This document shows, piece after piece, positions 31,180 to 40,962 of a stretch of DNA of 64,000 nucleotides. Below the pieces are notes generated by a model. It had not been told where the DNA came from. It ran no database searches and saw nothing but the letters and a program-made list of their open reading frames with translations. Source of the DNA: an uncultured Pseudomonadota bacterium. GTDB taxonomy: Bacteria; Desulfobacterota; Binatia; Binatales; Binataceae. The stretch's first letter is position 1. The number at the start of each line of letters is the position of its first letter. The position numbers were made by a program, and so were the translations under genes. Where the stretch lies: assembly GCA_963795945.1 (NCBI GenBank), contig CAWCJN010000001.1, positions 410,774 through 474,773 on the forward strand. The letters are read 5' to 3'.

Positions 31180-31758
31180 CTATGAATTACCTTTCGACGG
31201 CTGATTACAATTACAATTTGAGCCTACGCCCGGAGGATTGCTGATTCCGGGCGGGTTATTGATCGCGGGCGGCGCACCTCCACCGCCGGTCTTTGCTTCG
31301 CTGGATGATGAACTTGAACCTGAACTGTTGATTAGTTGGCCGATCGCATCCTCGAGCACGAACGCTGATTGAGTATGGCGGATTGTCGCTCCATCGGCGA
31401 GATTCTTATCCGAGGGGCCGAGGGCGATCGCAATGTATTTATCGCCGATAATACCGCTGGTCTTGACTGAGGCAATCGCGTCGTCGTCGATTTCGACACC
31501 CCGATCGATCCGCAACTTTACGTGCGCGCGATTATCGTTGAGCCCGATTCCAGTTACTTTGCCCACATCAACGCCGGCGATTTGGACCTGATCGCCACTT
31601 TTCAAGCCGGAAATATTGTCGAAATTGGCAAACAGCGTGTAGCTCGGCTTTGGGATAATCTCGACTTGGCCGAGCCGGAACGAAAGGATGGCTAAGGCGG
31701 CGATACCGAGCAGCGCGAAGATACCGACGATGAGCTTGGTAAGAGGGGTGGCGTACAT
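31180..31758 (-). CDS. mlaD: MlaD MCE-domain substrate-binding protein
   Basis: F.NISGLK.G..V.IAGV.VG.V..I, A.VKTSGIIGDKYI. Confidence 0.92.
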   Translation of the reverse strand: MYATPLTKLIVGIFALLGIAALAILSFRLGQVEIIPKPSYTLFANFDNISGLKSGDQVQIAGVDVGKVTGIGLNDNRAHVKLRIDRGVEIDDDAIASVKTSGIIGDKYIAIALGPSDKNLADGATIRHTQSAFVLEDAIGQLINSSGSSSSSSEAKTGGGGAPPAINNPPGISNPPGVGSNCNCNQPSKGNS

Positions 31759-32585
31759 TTCGCTTTATCTTTTCGTTCTATCTTCCGGGGGCGGCGATCG
31801 ATCTGTGAAAGGGGCCGCTCGTCTTCGTTGGCGGCCTTGCCAGCGAGAAATTGCTGAAAGGTTTCGTTTTTCGCGTTCGTGACCTCTTCCGGCGAGCCTT
31901 CCAGCTCGATCTTGCCAGCGTGCATATAAGCGACTCGATCGGAGAATTCAAATACTTGCGGGACGTCGTGGCTGACCATCACGGCGGTAAGTCCGAATTT
32001 GCGCTGAGTGGAGCGAACTAGGTCGTGAATGGAATGGGCACGCGTCGGATCGAGGCCGGTGGTCGGCTCGTCGAGCATCAGGATTTTGGGTCGGCGGATT
32101 AAGGCCCGCGCCAAGGCGGCCCGTTTTTGCATCCCACCGCTCATCTCAGAGGGATACTTTTGGCCCATTCCTTCGAGTCCGACCTGCGCGAGAATCTCGT
32201 TTACGCGCTCGGCGATCTCGGAGGGGGTCAGGTGAGTTTTCTCGACCAAGGGGAAAGCCACATTCTCGAACACGGTCATCGAGTCGAAGAGGGCGCCGGC
32301 CTGAAAGAGCATCCCGAGCTGCTCGCGGACCGCGTCGGTGGCGCGCGAGCCGAGGCGGGTGACGTTGACGCCGCCAATGATGATCGTGCCGGAATCGGGC
32401 CGGAGCAACAGGTTGAGATGCTTCAGGAGGACGGTCTTACCGCATCCGCTGGAGCCGACGATGGTCATGATTTGGCCGGACGGACATTCGAGATTGACGC
32501 CGTTGAGCACCTGCTGTGGTCCGAAGCGCCGGCGCAGGTTCTTGACCGAGATTGCGCCCGCAGCGCGATTTCCGTCGTGATTCAT
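31692..32585 (-). CDS. mlaF: MlaF/Ttg2A ABC ATP-binding protein
   Basis: GSSGCGKT, GMLFQAGALFDSMTVFENVAFPL, SGGMQKR..LARAL, DEPTTGLDP, VSHD. Confidence 0.92.
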   Translation of the reverse strand: MNHDGNRAAGAISVKNLRRRFGPQQVLNGVNLECPSGQIMTIVGSSGCGKTVLLKHLNLLLRPDSGTIIIGGVNVTRLGSRATDAVREQLGMLFQAGALFDSMTVFENVAFPLVEKTHLTPSEIAERVNEILAQVGLEGMGQKYPSEMSGGMQKRAALARALIRRPKILMLDEPTTGLDPTRAHSIHDLVRSTQRKFGLTAVMVSHDVPQVFEFSDRVAYMHAGKIELEGSPEEVTNAKNETFQQFLAGKAANEDERPLSQIDRRPRKIERKDKAKCTPPLLPSSSSVSSRCSVSPP

Positions 32586-32644
32586 TAGCGGGGAAGCTTA
32601 GCGAATTTTCGGAGGGGGAACTATCGAGGAATCTCCGGTAGCGA

Positions 32645-32660
32645 TGTTTCACGTGAAACA
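32645..32660. promoter_or_regulatory. parS centromere-like site 1
   Basis: Perfect TGTTTCACGTGAAACA; the palindrome extends to 32642..32663. Confidence 0.9.
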
Positions 32661-32751
32661 TCGAAAAACAATATCTATCGAAAAGGGTATCTAAGGGTAA
32701 TGAGAGTATATGGACCTGCCTGATGACGTATTGCGAGACTGTATAATGGGA

Positions 32752-32767
32752 TGTTTCACGTGAAACA
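32752..32767. promoter_or_regulatory. parS site 2
   Basis: Perfect TGTTTCACGTGAAACA within a 30-bp perfect palindrome (32745..32774). Confidence 0.9.
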
Positions 32768-32853
32768 TCCCATTGTGGGATGATTTAGGCGTGGAAAACG
32801 TGATCCTCCAGGAAGCTCTGCACAAGTGAATGTTTGTAGGCTCGCTTCGCGGA

Positions 32854-32897
32854 GGTCCTTCGACACGGCTCGCGCTGCTCGCCGGCTCAGGATGACA
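32854..32897. repeat. REP-like element (…CTCAGGATGACA type)
   Basis: gtccttcgac…gctcaggatgaca shares its termini with the other copies. Confidence 0.6.
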
Positions 32898-32989
32898 AAA
32901 GGGGCTTGGGCAAGCTTCCCTGGTCATTTGGAGCGGGTCTGTCGCGAAAAATCTCGCTTGAGGACTGCTTTTGAATCGTGCGCAAGCGA

Positions 32990-33005
32990 TGTTTCACGTG
33001 AAACA
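32990..33005. promoter_or_regulatory. parS site 3
   Basis: Perfect TGTTTCACGTGAAACA; the palindrome extends to 32987..33008. Confidence 0.9.
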
Positions 33006-33107
33006 TCGAGGGCCGGGGCAAATAAGGACTGGCGGGGCGAAAGCAGCGAGCAGAACTGCCCGTGGTTGTGTATTATTTCATCCTTGACGCGAGAAGGGTC
33101 CTAATCC

Positions 33108-33149
33108 GGGATTCCTCGCGCGCCAGAGAGCAGACGCGCGGGAATGACA
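33108..33149. repeat. REP-like element, inverted partner of 6043..6086
   Basis: gggattcctcgcgcgccaga…acgcgcgggaatgaca. Confidence 0.75.
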
Positions 33150-33214
33150 GCATAAGGATTCAAGGAGACCTACTGCCGTTGGATGGGAAGCAGTGAGGAA
33201 CCAGGGGGTGGGGC

Positions 33215-35382
33215 GTGGAGCTGAGCGAGCGGGACAAGAATCTAATCAAGGACTACATCGAGCGGGGGGAGCCGCTGCCGGCGAAATACAAGCTGATGCT
33301 GTTCGCCGACGCGCCGGAGGTCGAGCTGATCTGGCAGGGCAAGACCAGTGAGGTGACCACCGTGGCGCTGCCGTTCCAGTCGATCGAGCAGATCGACGAG
33401 CCGCGCACGCAGGTGGGCGAGCAGGTGGGCGGATTATTCGCGGCGGATGGGCGGGGCGGCAAGCGTCGGGATGGACCAACAAATTAATTTGGGGCGACAA
33501 CAAGCTGGTGTTGTCGTCGTTGAAGAACGGGCCGTTGCGGCGGGAGATCGAGGACGCGGGCGGGCTGAAGCTGATTTATATCGATCCGCCGTTCGATGTC
33601 GGCGCCGACTTCTCAGTCGGGATTGATGTCGGCGATGAGAGACTAATTAAAGAGCCTACTCTGATTGAAGAGACGGCCTATCGAGATACCTGGGGAGAGC
33701 ACGGGGAACGATATCTCCAATACATGTACGAGCGCTTAAGTCAATGAGGGATCTTTTATCAGAGGACGCCAGTATATTTGTACATTGTGATTGGCACGTG
33801 TCTCACTGGATGAGGTCTCTGCTATCGGAGTTGTTCGCAGAATCGACCTTTCGTAATGAAATCGTCTGGTATTACTACAATAAGATGCAGGGAAATGTGA
33901 ACCGTTTCGCAGCGAATCATGATGTTATTCTGTGGCATTCAGAAATCAGACCCATTATTTCTTCAATCAGATAAGGGAGAAGCGTCCAAAAACAATCGAA
34001 CAAATAAAACGTGTCTGGGATAAGGGAAAGGGTAAGCTCGTCAATGCAAAAGACGAATCCGGTAATGTCCTTTATATCGAGATTGACGAACGCACAGTTG
34101 ACGATGTTTGGCGGCTTTCCATGCTCCAACCGGCCGATAAAACGCAAAATCTCGGTTATGCAACCCAGAAGCCGGAGACTATCGCGACAAGAATAATTTC
34201 TTCTGCTTCTTCTAAGGGTGATCTGGTTGCGGATTTCTTCTGCGGCTCGGGGACTACGATGGCGGTGGCGGAGAAGCTCGGGCGGAAGTGGATCGGGTGC
34301 GACCTCGGGCGCTTCGCGATCCATACGACGCGCAAGCGGTTGATCGGGGTCCAGCGCGAGCTCAAGGCGCAAGACAAGCCCTATCGCAGCTTCGAAATCC
34401 TGAATCTGGGCAAGTACGAACGGCAATACTTCGTCGGAATCGATCCGACGCTGCCGGAAGAGGCGCGGCGAGTCCAGACGATCCAGCGCGAAGAGTATTA
34501 CATCACGCTAATCCTCGCAGCATACAAGGCGGAGCGGATTTTCCAGACGCCGCCATTGCATGGCAAGAAAGGTGGGACGGCGGTCGTGGTCGGGCCAATC
34601 GATGCGCCGGTAACGTTCGCACAGGTCAACGAGGTGATCGCGGAGTGCCGCCGCAAGCGGATCAGTAAGGTCGATGTGCTCGGCTTCGAGTTCGAAATGG
34701 GACTTTGTCCGGCAGCGCAGGACGAGGCCAAGCAGAAGGGGGTCAGCCTGAGCCTGAAGTACATCCCGAAGGACGTGTTCGATAAGCGTGCGGGGAAAAG
34801 GGTCAGGTGCAATTTTACGACGTGGCGTACGTCGAGGTGACCCCGAAGATCAAGGGGACGAGCGCGACGGTCACGCTCAAGGATTTCGGCGTGTTCTATC
34901 GTCAGGACGATCTGGACGCGATCGGCGAGAAGCTGAAGCCGGGCGGCAGCAAGGTGACGGTCGAGAGTGGGCAGGTGGTCAAGATCGTCAAGGACAAGTC
35001 AGGGAAGGTAAGCCGGGAAGTAATCACGAAGAAGTGGACCGACTGGATTGACTATTGGGCGGTGGACTTCGATTACGAGAGCCGGAAGGAGATTATCCGG
35101 ATCAAAGAAAGAGAAGCGGACCCTCACCCTGGCCCTCCCCCTACTGATAGGGAGAGGGATCATGATTTAGAAGCGGTCGCTAAGGGAGCGGAGCGGGAGG
35201 TCTGGAGCGGCAACTATATTTTCGAAAATGAGTGGCAGAGCTATCGGACGCGGAAGGAGCGGACGCTCGAGCTGGTCAGCGCGGAGCACGATTACAAGAG
35301 CAAGGGGCGGTACAAGATCGCGGTCAAGGTAATCGACATTTTCGGGAACGATACGACGAAGATCGTCGAGGTGAAAGTGTGA
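33215..35382 (+). CDS. mod: Type III-like Mod adenine DNA methyltransferase, split by about four single-base indels
   Basis: Five consecutive ORFs give W.NKLIWGDNK, LKLIYIDPPF (motif IV), YATQKPE, DFFCGSGTT (motif I), WIGCDLGRFAIHTTRKRL, IAVKVIDIFGNDT. Confidence 0.85.
35121..35159. repeat. CCCTCACCC…CCCTCTCCC/GGGAGAGGG-type palindromic element inside mod
   Basis: ccctcaccctggccctccccctactgatagggagaggga, a 10-bp stem with one mismatch; a sister copy lies at 38176..38211. Confidence 0.7.
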
Positions 35383-35427
35383 TGGGGGTGGAGGAGCAAG
35401 AGAATTGCGAGGGATCGAGCCTCAGAA

Positions 35428-35477
35428 CCGCTAGATTCTTCATCGCCAGGCTCCTCAGAATGGGCTCTGAATGACAG
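35428..35477. repeat. REP-like element between mod and res
   Basis: ccgctagattcttc…ctcagaatg…tgaatgacag, the same termini as 40893 and 62254. Confidence 0.7.
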
Positions 35478-35495
35478 AAAAGCTTGGGGGGAGTA

Positions 35496-38171
35496 ATGGC
35501 GATCGGAAAAGACTTTCCGGCTGATCCATGCGCGGTACTTGATCCGAAGATCAGGTGGTATCCGGGCGAGGAGCTATTCACCGAGGACGGTTACGCAACG
35601 CTGATTCCGCCGCTGGTGTACCGGGTGCGGGAGGGTGTCAAGGGGTGGCGCGATAGTGGGTATCAGGGCGCGAGCGACACTACGCGGGCGCTGCTGAATT
35701 ACTGGTTCAACACGGAGCACCCGGTGATTGGGGCAGATGGGGCAGTGTGGCCGTTCCGCTACTACTTCGGGCAGCGTGAGGCAGTTGAATCGGCGATCTG
35801 GCTATACGAGATCGAAGAGGCGCGGGACCCGTACGCGTTGATCAAGTACGACGCCTCCGGGCGCGTGGCGAAGAGTATGTTCGACGAGGACTGGACGCGC
35901 TACGTGATGAAGCTCGCGACCGGCACCGGCAAGACCAAGGTGATGAGCATCCTGATCGCGTGGTGCTATTTTCACAAGCTCTATGAGACGGGGTCGGAGC
36001 TGAGCACGAATTTTTTGGTGATCGCGCCAAACATAATCGTGCTGGACCGGCTGCGCAGAGACTTCGGCGGGCTGCGCATCTTTCGTGAAGATCCGGTGAT
36101 CCCGGAGAACGGCTATGCGGGTCAGAACTGGAATGACGACTTCCAGCCCGCACTGCACGTACAGGACAAGATCGGCCCGGTGTCGGAGACCGGCAATATT
36201 TTTCTCTCGAATATCCAGCGGGTGTATCAAAACGAGACGGTTCCATCGTTCGAGGATGAGGATACGACTGACTATTTTCTGGGAAAAAGGCCGAGCGGAA
36301 AGACTAATCAGTCGCAGGTGGATTTGGGGCGAATCGTGCGGGAGGTGCGGGACCTGGTCGTGCTCAACGACGAAGCGCATCATATTCACGATCCGGCGAT
36401 GGCGTGGTTCAAGAATATCCAGGATATCTGCTACCGGCTGCGGCAGAAGGGGAGCACGCTGTCAGCTCAATTCGATTTGACGGCAACGCCGAAGCGCAGC
36501 AACGGCGCGATCTTCGTACAGACAATTAGCGACTATCCGCTAGTCGAAGCGATCCGGCAGAACGTAGTGAAGCATCCGGTGGTGCCGGACGCGGCGTCGC
36601 GGGCGAAGCTGAACGAGAAGCAGAGCGATAAGTTCACAGAGAAGTATGAAGATTACCTGCATCTTGGTTACCTGGAATGGGAGAAGCGCGACGAGGTGCT
36701 GCGGCCGTCGGGCAAGAAGGCAGTGCTGTTCGTGATGACCGACGATACGCGGAACTGCGATGAAGTCGGCAAACACCTGGAAGAGAATTATCCGAAGCTG
36801 GGTAAGGCGCTGGTAATCCATACGAAAAAGAATGGCGAGATTGCAGAGGCGTCGAGCGGGAAATCGAAAGAGGAATTGGAGAAGCTGCGGCGGCTGAGCG
36901 GGGAGATTGATGACGCGGGAAATGAGTATCGGGCGATCGTATCGGTGATGATGCTGCGGGAAGGCTGGGACGTGCAGAACGTGATCGCGATGGTGGGACT
37001 GCGGCCCTATCAAGCGCCGAGCCGGATCTTGCCGGAGCAGACGCTGGGGCGCGGGTTGCGGCCGATGTTTCGCGGACAGGGAGTCGAGGAAAAGGTCAGC
37101 GTGGTGGGGACGGCGGCGTTTATGGACTTCGTCGAGTCGATTTGCAACGAAGGGGTCGAGCTGGAGTGGGTGCCGATGGGCGAGCAGACGCGGACGCGAT
37201 CGCCGGTGATTGTGGAGGTCGAGCGGGATAGCGAGAAGAAAAACATCGCGGAACTGGATATTGAGTTGCCGGTGCTCGAAGCGCGACTCTATCGCGAGTA
37301 CAAGAATCTGAATGACCTAAGTATCGAGGCGCTGCCGAGTCCGCAGCTGCCGATCAAACAATTCACGGCGGAAGAACAGCGGGAAATCGTATTCAAAGAT
37401 ATCGATGACGAGGATGTGAGCCATACGACGGTAATGGGTTCGGCGTTCGCGACAAATTATCAGAGCGCGATCGGATGGTTCGCGCGGGGTTTGATGCGGG
37501 AGCTGCGGCTAGTCGGCGGATTCGAGATCCTGTTTGGGAAGTTAAAGCAATTTATCGAGACGCGGCTGTTTGCGGCTTCGGTGACTTTGGAAGATTTGAA
37601 CATCCTGCGCAATTTGTCGGAAATTGAAGCGATACGGGCGATCCGCGAGATTTTTCGCAAGGCGATCAATGAATTGGTAGTACGGGATAAGGGCACGACG
37701 CAGGTGCGCGACTATATCAAGCTGAGCAAGACCCGCCCGTATGTAGTCAATGAGCAGGATTATATTGCGGCAAAGAAATCGGTCTTCAATAAAGTAATCG
37801 GGGATAATAATTTCGAGTTGGAGTTTGCGGCTTTTCTAGAGAATTGTTCAGACATCGTTTCGTTCGGCAAGAATTATCAATATCAGGACACTGCGTTTAA
37901 AATTGAGTATCAGACCGCAGAGGGCGATATCCGGAATTACTATCCGGATTTTATCGTTAAGCAGAGCGCCTCAGAGGTGTGGATAATCGAGACGAAGGGA
38001 CGGGAGGATATCTATGATGCGCTGAAGCGGGAACGGCTGGGGCAATGGTGCGAGGATGCCTCAGCAGTAGGCGGATGTAAGTATCGGGCGCTGTTTGTGC
38101 GGGAGGAGGACTGGGAGGAATACCGGCCGAAGAATTTCCGGGAGTTAGTCGCGGCGATGGAGATGGTTTAA
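35496..38171 (+). CDS. res: Type III-like restriction subunit (SF2 helicase/ATPase plus PD-(D/E)xK nuclease)
   Basis: LATGTGKT Walker A, NDEAHH, LTATP, MLREGWDV, EQTLGRGLR, C-terminal YYPDFIVK…IIETKG. Uninterrupted frame. Confidence 0.88.
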   Translation: MAIGKDFPADPCAVLDPKIRWYPGEELFTEDGYATLIPPLVYRVREGVKGWRDSGYQGASDTTRALLNYWFNTEHPVIGADGAVWPFRYYFGQREAVESAIWLYEIEEARDPYALIKYDASGRVAKSMFDEDWTRYVMKLATGTGKTKVMSILIAWCYFHKLYETGSELSTNFLVIAPNIIVLDRLRRDFGGLRIFREDPVIPENGYAGQNWNDDFQPALHVQDKIGPVSETGNIFLSNIQRVYQNETVPSFEDEDTTDYFLGKRPSGKTNQSQVDLGRIVREVRDLVVLNDEAHHIHDPAMAWFKNIQDICYRLRQKGSTLSAQFDLTATPKRSNGAIFVQTISDYPLVEAIRQNVVKHPVVPDAASRAKLNEKQSDKFTEKYEDYLHLGYLEWEKRDEVLRPSGKKAVLFVMTDDTRNCDEVGKHLEENYPKLGKALVIHTKKNGEIAEASSGKSKEELEKLRRLSGEIDDAGNEYRAIVSVMMLREGWDVQNVIAMVGLRPYQAPSRILPEQTLGRGLRPMFRGQGVEEKVSVVGTAAFMDFVESICNEGVELEWVPMGEQTRTRSPVIVEVERDSEKKNIAELDIELPVLEARLYREYKNLNDLSIEALPSPQLPIKQFTAEEQREIVFKDIDDEDVSHTTVMGSAFATNYQSAIGWFARGLMRELRLVGGFEILFGKLKQFIETRLFAASVTLEDLNILRNLSEIEAIRAIREIFRKAINELVVRDKGTTQVRDYIKLSKTRPYVVNEQDYIAAKKSVFNKVIGDNNFELEFAAFLENCSDIVSFGKNYQYQDTAFKIEYQTAEGDIRNYYPDFIVKQSASEVWIIETKGREDIYDALKRERLGQWCEDASAVGGCKYRALFVREEDWEEYRPKNFRELVAAMEMV

Positions 38172-38175
38172 TTAA

Positions 38176-38211
38176 CCTCACCCTCCCTCTCCCTTTGGAC
38201 AAGGGAGAGGA
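38176..38211. repeat. Palindromic element directly after the res stop
   Basis: cctcaccc…cctctccctt tggac aagggagagg, a perfect 10-bp stem between convergent res and mlaE. Confidence 0.7.
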
Positions 38212-38230
38212 TCCGAAACATACAGTCTTC

Positions 38231-38992
38231 TTAAAGTAGGACCGAGGTGATGAAGTAGTCCCAGGCGAGGATCAGGACGCTCGACAGGACGACGGCTTCG
38301 GTGGTGGCGCGGCTGACGCCGGTGGCCATCCGGGCCGCATAGTAGCCCTTGTAGCAGCACACCCACATCACGACGATCCCGAAGATAAACGCCTTGATAA
38401 AGCCGGTCTCGATATCGTGCCAGGACATATTGTTAGCGATGCCGTTGAAGAACGGTCCAGCCGTCGCGCCCATCAGACCGACGCCGACGGCCCATCCGCC
38501 ATATATACCAAGAACGTCGAAGATAGCGGTCAGCAATGGGAAACTGATAATGCCGGCCAGGATGCGGGGCGAGACGAGATACTGCACCGGATTGATCGCC
38601 ATCACGGAGAGCGCATCCACCTGTTCGGTAGCTTGCATCGCGCCCAACTCGGCAGCCATCGCGGACCCGGCGCGTGCGGCGATCATCACGGCGGCAAGCA
38701 CCGGGCCGAGCTCGCGCACCAGTACGAGGGCGACGACTGTGCCGAGGGCGCCCTCGGAGCCGAAGCGTCGCAAGGTATTATAGCCTTGCAGTCCGAGCAC
38801 CATCCCGGTGAACAAGCCGATCAGTCCGACGAGAAAGATCGAATCTGCGCCGATGGCACGGAGTTGGCGAATAATCAGGCGCGGCTTGTAGGGCGGGAGC
38901 ATCACGTAGAGGACGGCAGAAAACAGGAAGAGCACGAAGTTGCCGAGCCTGCCGATGCTGTCGATTATCGACGTGCCGAGACGTTCAATCAT
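38231..38992 (-). CDS. mlaE: MlaE ABC permease
   Basis: G..S...V.L..LFTGMVL.LQ, RELGPVL.A...A.R.GSA.AAELG.M..TEQ.DAL..M..NP..YLV.PR. Confidence 0.93.
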   Translation of the reverse strand: MIERLGTSIIDSIGRLGNFVLFLFSAVLYVMLPPYKPRLIIRQLRAIGADSIFLVGLIGLFTGMVLGLQGYNTLRRFGSEGALGTVVALVLVRELGPVLAAVMIAARAGSAMAAELGAMQATEQVDALSVMAINPVQYLVSPRILAGIISFPLLTAIFDVLGIYGGWAVGVGLMGATAGPFFNGIANNMSWHDIETGFIKAFIFGIVVMWVCCYKGYYAARMATGVSRATTEAVVLSSVLILAWDYFITSVLL

Positions 38993-39045
38993 CTGAATAT
39001 CCTACGCTGAACATCGAGATAGAGTCTGTGATCGAAGAGAGTTGC

Positions 39046-39696
39046 TCAGCCGTGGAGCAGCCCGAGCCGCGCAATATGGTTGTAGGTATGACTCAGGGCG
39101 GGCGTGCGCGCGAACTCGATCAGATCAGAGGGGACGTCAATATCGAGCGCCGGGCGGACCAGCCGCAGGATTTCGCAGGGGATTGAGCGGTTACGGCAAT
39201 CGTTGCGATGGTGGACGAGGCTGAGGCGTCCGAACTGGGTATCGATCACGCGGGGCGGCGTCCGCAAGAGCATATTGGTGCCGGAGAAGTCGCGCGAGGG
39301 GACCAGCACGACGCCGGGGCCGGAGGAGGGCAGCGCGGCGAATGCCTCGTCGATGTCGCTGTGATGGACCATCGGGATGTCGGAGAGCAGGGTGCAGATC
39401 GAGGTCGCACCGAGCATCATGAGACGGTCGGTGGCGAGTCGGACGGCAACATTGAGGCCGCGCGGGAACTCCTCGTCGATGGTCAATGCACCGTTCGCTT
39501 GCGCGATTTCGAGGAGGATCGGATCAGAGGTAACGACGGCGACGCGATCGGCGGAACGAGCGGCGAGTGCGGCGCTCAGGACGTCACGGTACATCGCGGT
39601 GGCCAAGGCGGCGCGTTCGGCGGCGGCGGGCAGCGCGACGGCCAATCGAGTCTTGGCAAACGCAAGCTGCTTGGCGGCGACGAGAACGATTCGCAC
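39046..39696 (-). CDS. cofC: 2-phospho-L-lactate guanylyltransferase (F420 pathway)
   Basis: K.L..AKTRL...L...ER..LA.AM..DVL, GLN.AV, SDIP, PSRD.SGTN.L, LDIDVP.DL. Confidence 0.88.
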   Translation of the reverse strand: MRIVLVAAKQLAFAKTRLAVALPAAAERAALATAMYRDVLSAALAARSADRVAVVTSDPILLEIAQANGALTIDEEFPRGLNVAVRLATDRLMMLGATSICTLLSDIPMVHHSDIDEAFAALPSSGPGVVLVPSRDFSGTNMLLRTPPRVIDTQFGRLSLVHHRNDCRNRSIPCEILRLVRPALDIDVPSDLIEFARTPALSHTYNHIARLGLLHG

Positions 39697-39886
39697 GGCG
39701 GACTATTATAACGCACATCGGGGAACAGGCCAACCCGCTCGAAAGATGGATTTGGGGCGAGCGCGGGAATCCACTTGATCTTTGTACAACCACGGCGAAA
39801 GATTAAAGCGTTTGGTGCATGCGCGAACCGCGCTGTAAATATATCTTTCAAGCGGTAACTGAGGCGTAGGGGTGAGGGAAAGCTGT

Positions 39887-40792
39887 ATGCGAATTGGCCG
39901 AAATCTGCGGTTGTTGGGGGCTAAAAGCCTGGTATTAGGCATTGCGACGAGCCTGATCATTGGTTCGCTAATAGGCTGCTCGCATAAGTCAGTGGACGAT
40001 TATCTAAAGGACGGCGATCAGGCACGGCAGAACTCGCAATTGGCGCAGGCTGAGGTCGATTATCGCGCGGCAATCAAGGCCGCGCCGGACGATCCGCGCG
40101 GGTATTTGGCGCTGGGCCAGTTATTCGAGTCGGAGAAGAAGCCGGAGCAGGCACAGCCCGAGTTTATCAAGGCGCTGGAGCTATCGCCGAAAGACTCGAC
40201 GACGCATGCCGCGATCGGGGGAGCTTACGCTGATCAGACTGAGTTGGGCTTGGCTGAGAATCAGTATCGGGCGGCAGTGGCGCTCGATCCGGGGAACGCC
40301 GGCTATCGGATGGCCTTGGGGAAAGTTCTGAGGCGGGCGCAAAAGCTTGGAGCGGCGGAGGTTGAGTTTCGCACGGCGATCGGGCTTGAGCCGAAGAATG
40401 CGGGGGCCCATCTGGCGTTGGCGGACCTGCTGAGTGGCGAAGCCAATCGACAAGACGAAGCGCAGGCCGAGTATGCCGCGGCGAAGGCGCTGGGCGCGAG
40501 TCCGGCGGCTGCGGCTAGTCCGGTAGCGAATGCTCCGACGCCTGCAGCTGCATCTAGTGTTGCGGCGAGCACGCCCGCACCATCAGTCAAATTGATGGCG
40601 TTTAACCATCTCTTTCTGCTGACGCGAAATTCTCCAGTGTATGAATCAACCAGCGAGGGCGCACAGACGCTAGCGCAGGTCCATCGCGGAAAGAAGGTTC
40701 GGGTGACGGCGATCACGTCGGACAAGAAATGGCTGAGAGTGCAGCTCAAGACGGGGGTGGTGGGATTTATTCCGACGACGACGACGGAGTAA
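39887..40792 (+). CDS. TPR-repeat lipoprotein with a C-terminal SH3-like domain
   Basis: LIGC lipobox, four to five TPR-like units (…A…L.P.D…Y..LG), Ala/Pro linker, G.KV.V…KKWLRVQL..G.VGFIP. Confidence 0.75.
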   Translation: MRIGRNLRLLGAKSLVLGIATSLIIGSLIGCSHKSVDDYLKDGDQARQNSQLAQAEVDYRAAIKAAPDDPRGYLALGQLFESEKKPEQAQPEFIKALELSPKDSTTHAAIGGAYADQTELGLAENQYRAAVALDPGNAGYRMALGKVLRRAQKLGAAEVEFRTAIGLEPKNAGAHLALADLLSGEANRQDEAQAEYAAAKALGASPAAAASPVANAPTPAAASSVAASTPAPSVKLMAFNHLFLLTRNSPVYESTSEGAQTLAQVHRGKKVRVTAITSDKKWLRVQLKTGVVGFIPTTTTE

Positions 40793-40892
40793 ATCGGCTC
40801 GCAAATTCATTCGGGGGGAGTCTGCAACAGAAGAATTTCGCTTTGACGACCCAAAATCGGACAGGCTGGTGCGTTAGATCAAGCGTAAGAGG

Positions 40893-40927
40893 CCGCTAGA
40901 TTCTTCGCTTCGCTCAGAATGACAAAT
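40893..40927. repeat. REP-like element
   Basis: ccgctagattcttcgcttcgctcagaatgacaaat, 34/35 identical to the reverse complement of 10929..10963. Confidence 0.85.
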
Positions 40928-40962
40928 TCTGCTCTCAGAAAATTTATTTGCAGGATACGACG

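Noticed and set aside
32437-32927. Short ORFs containing MFHVKH
   Set aside because: They are simply translations of the parS palindrome.
32600-33210. Replication origin at the parS cluster
   Set aside because: No TTATCCACA DnaA boxes, no AT-rich unwinding element and no dnaA/dnaN in the window.
1859-33747. Selenocysteine read-through of TGA stops in split genes (selA is present)
   Set aside because: Downstream fragments are in different reading frames, so stop read-through cannot join them.
33215-35382. Phase variation or programmed frameshifting of mod
   Set aside because: No long simple-sequence repeat or slippery heptamer at the breaks; the same indel pattern occurs window-wide.
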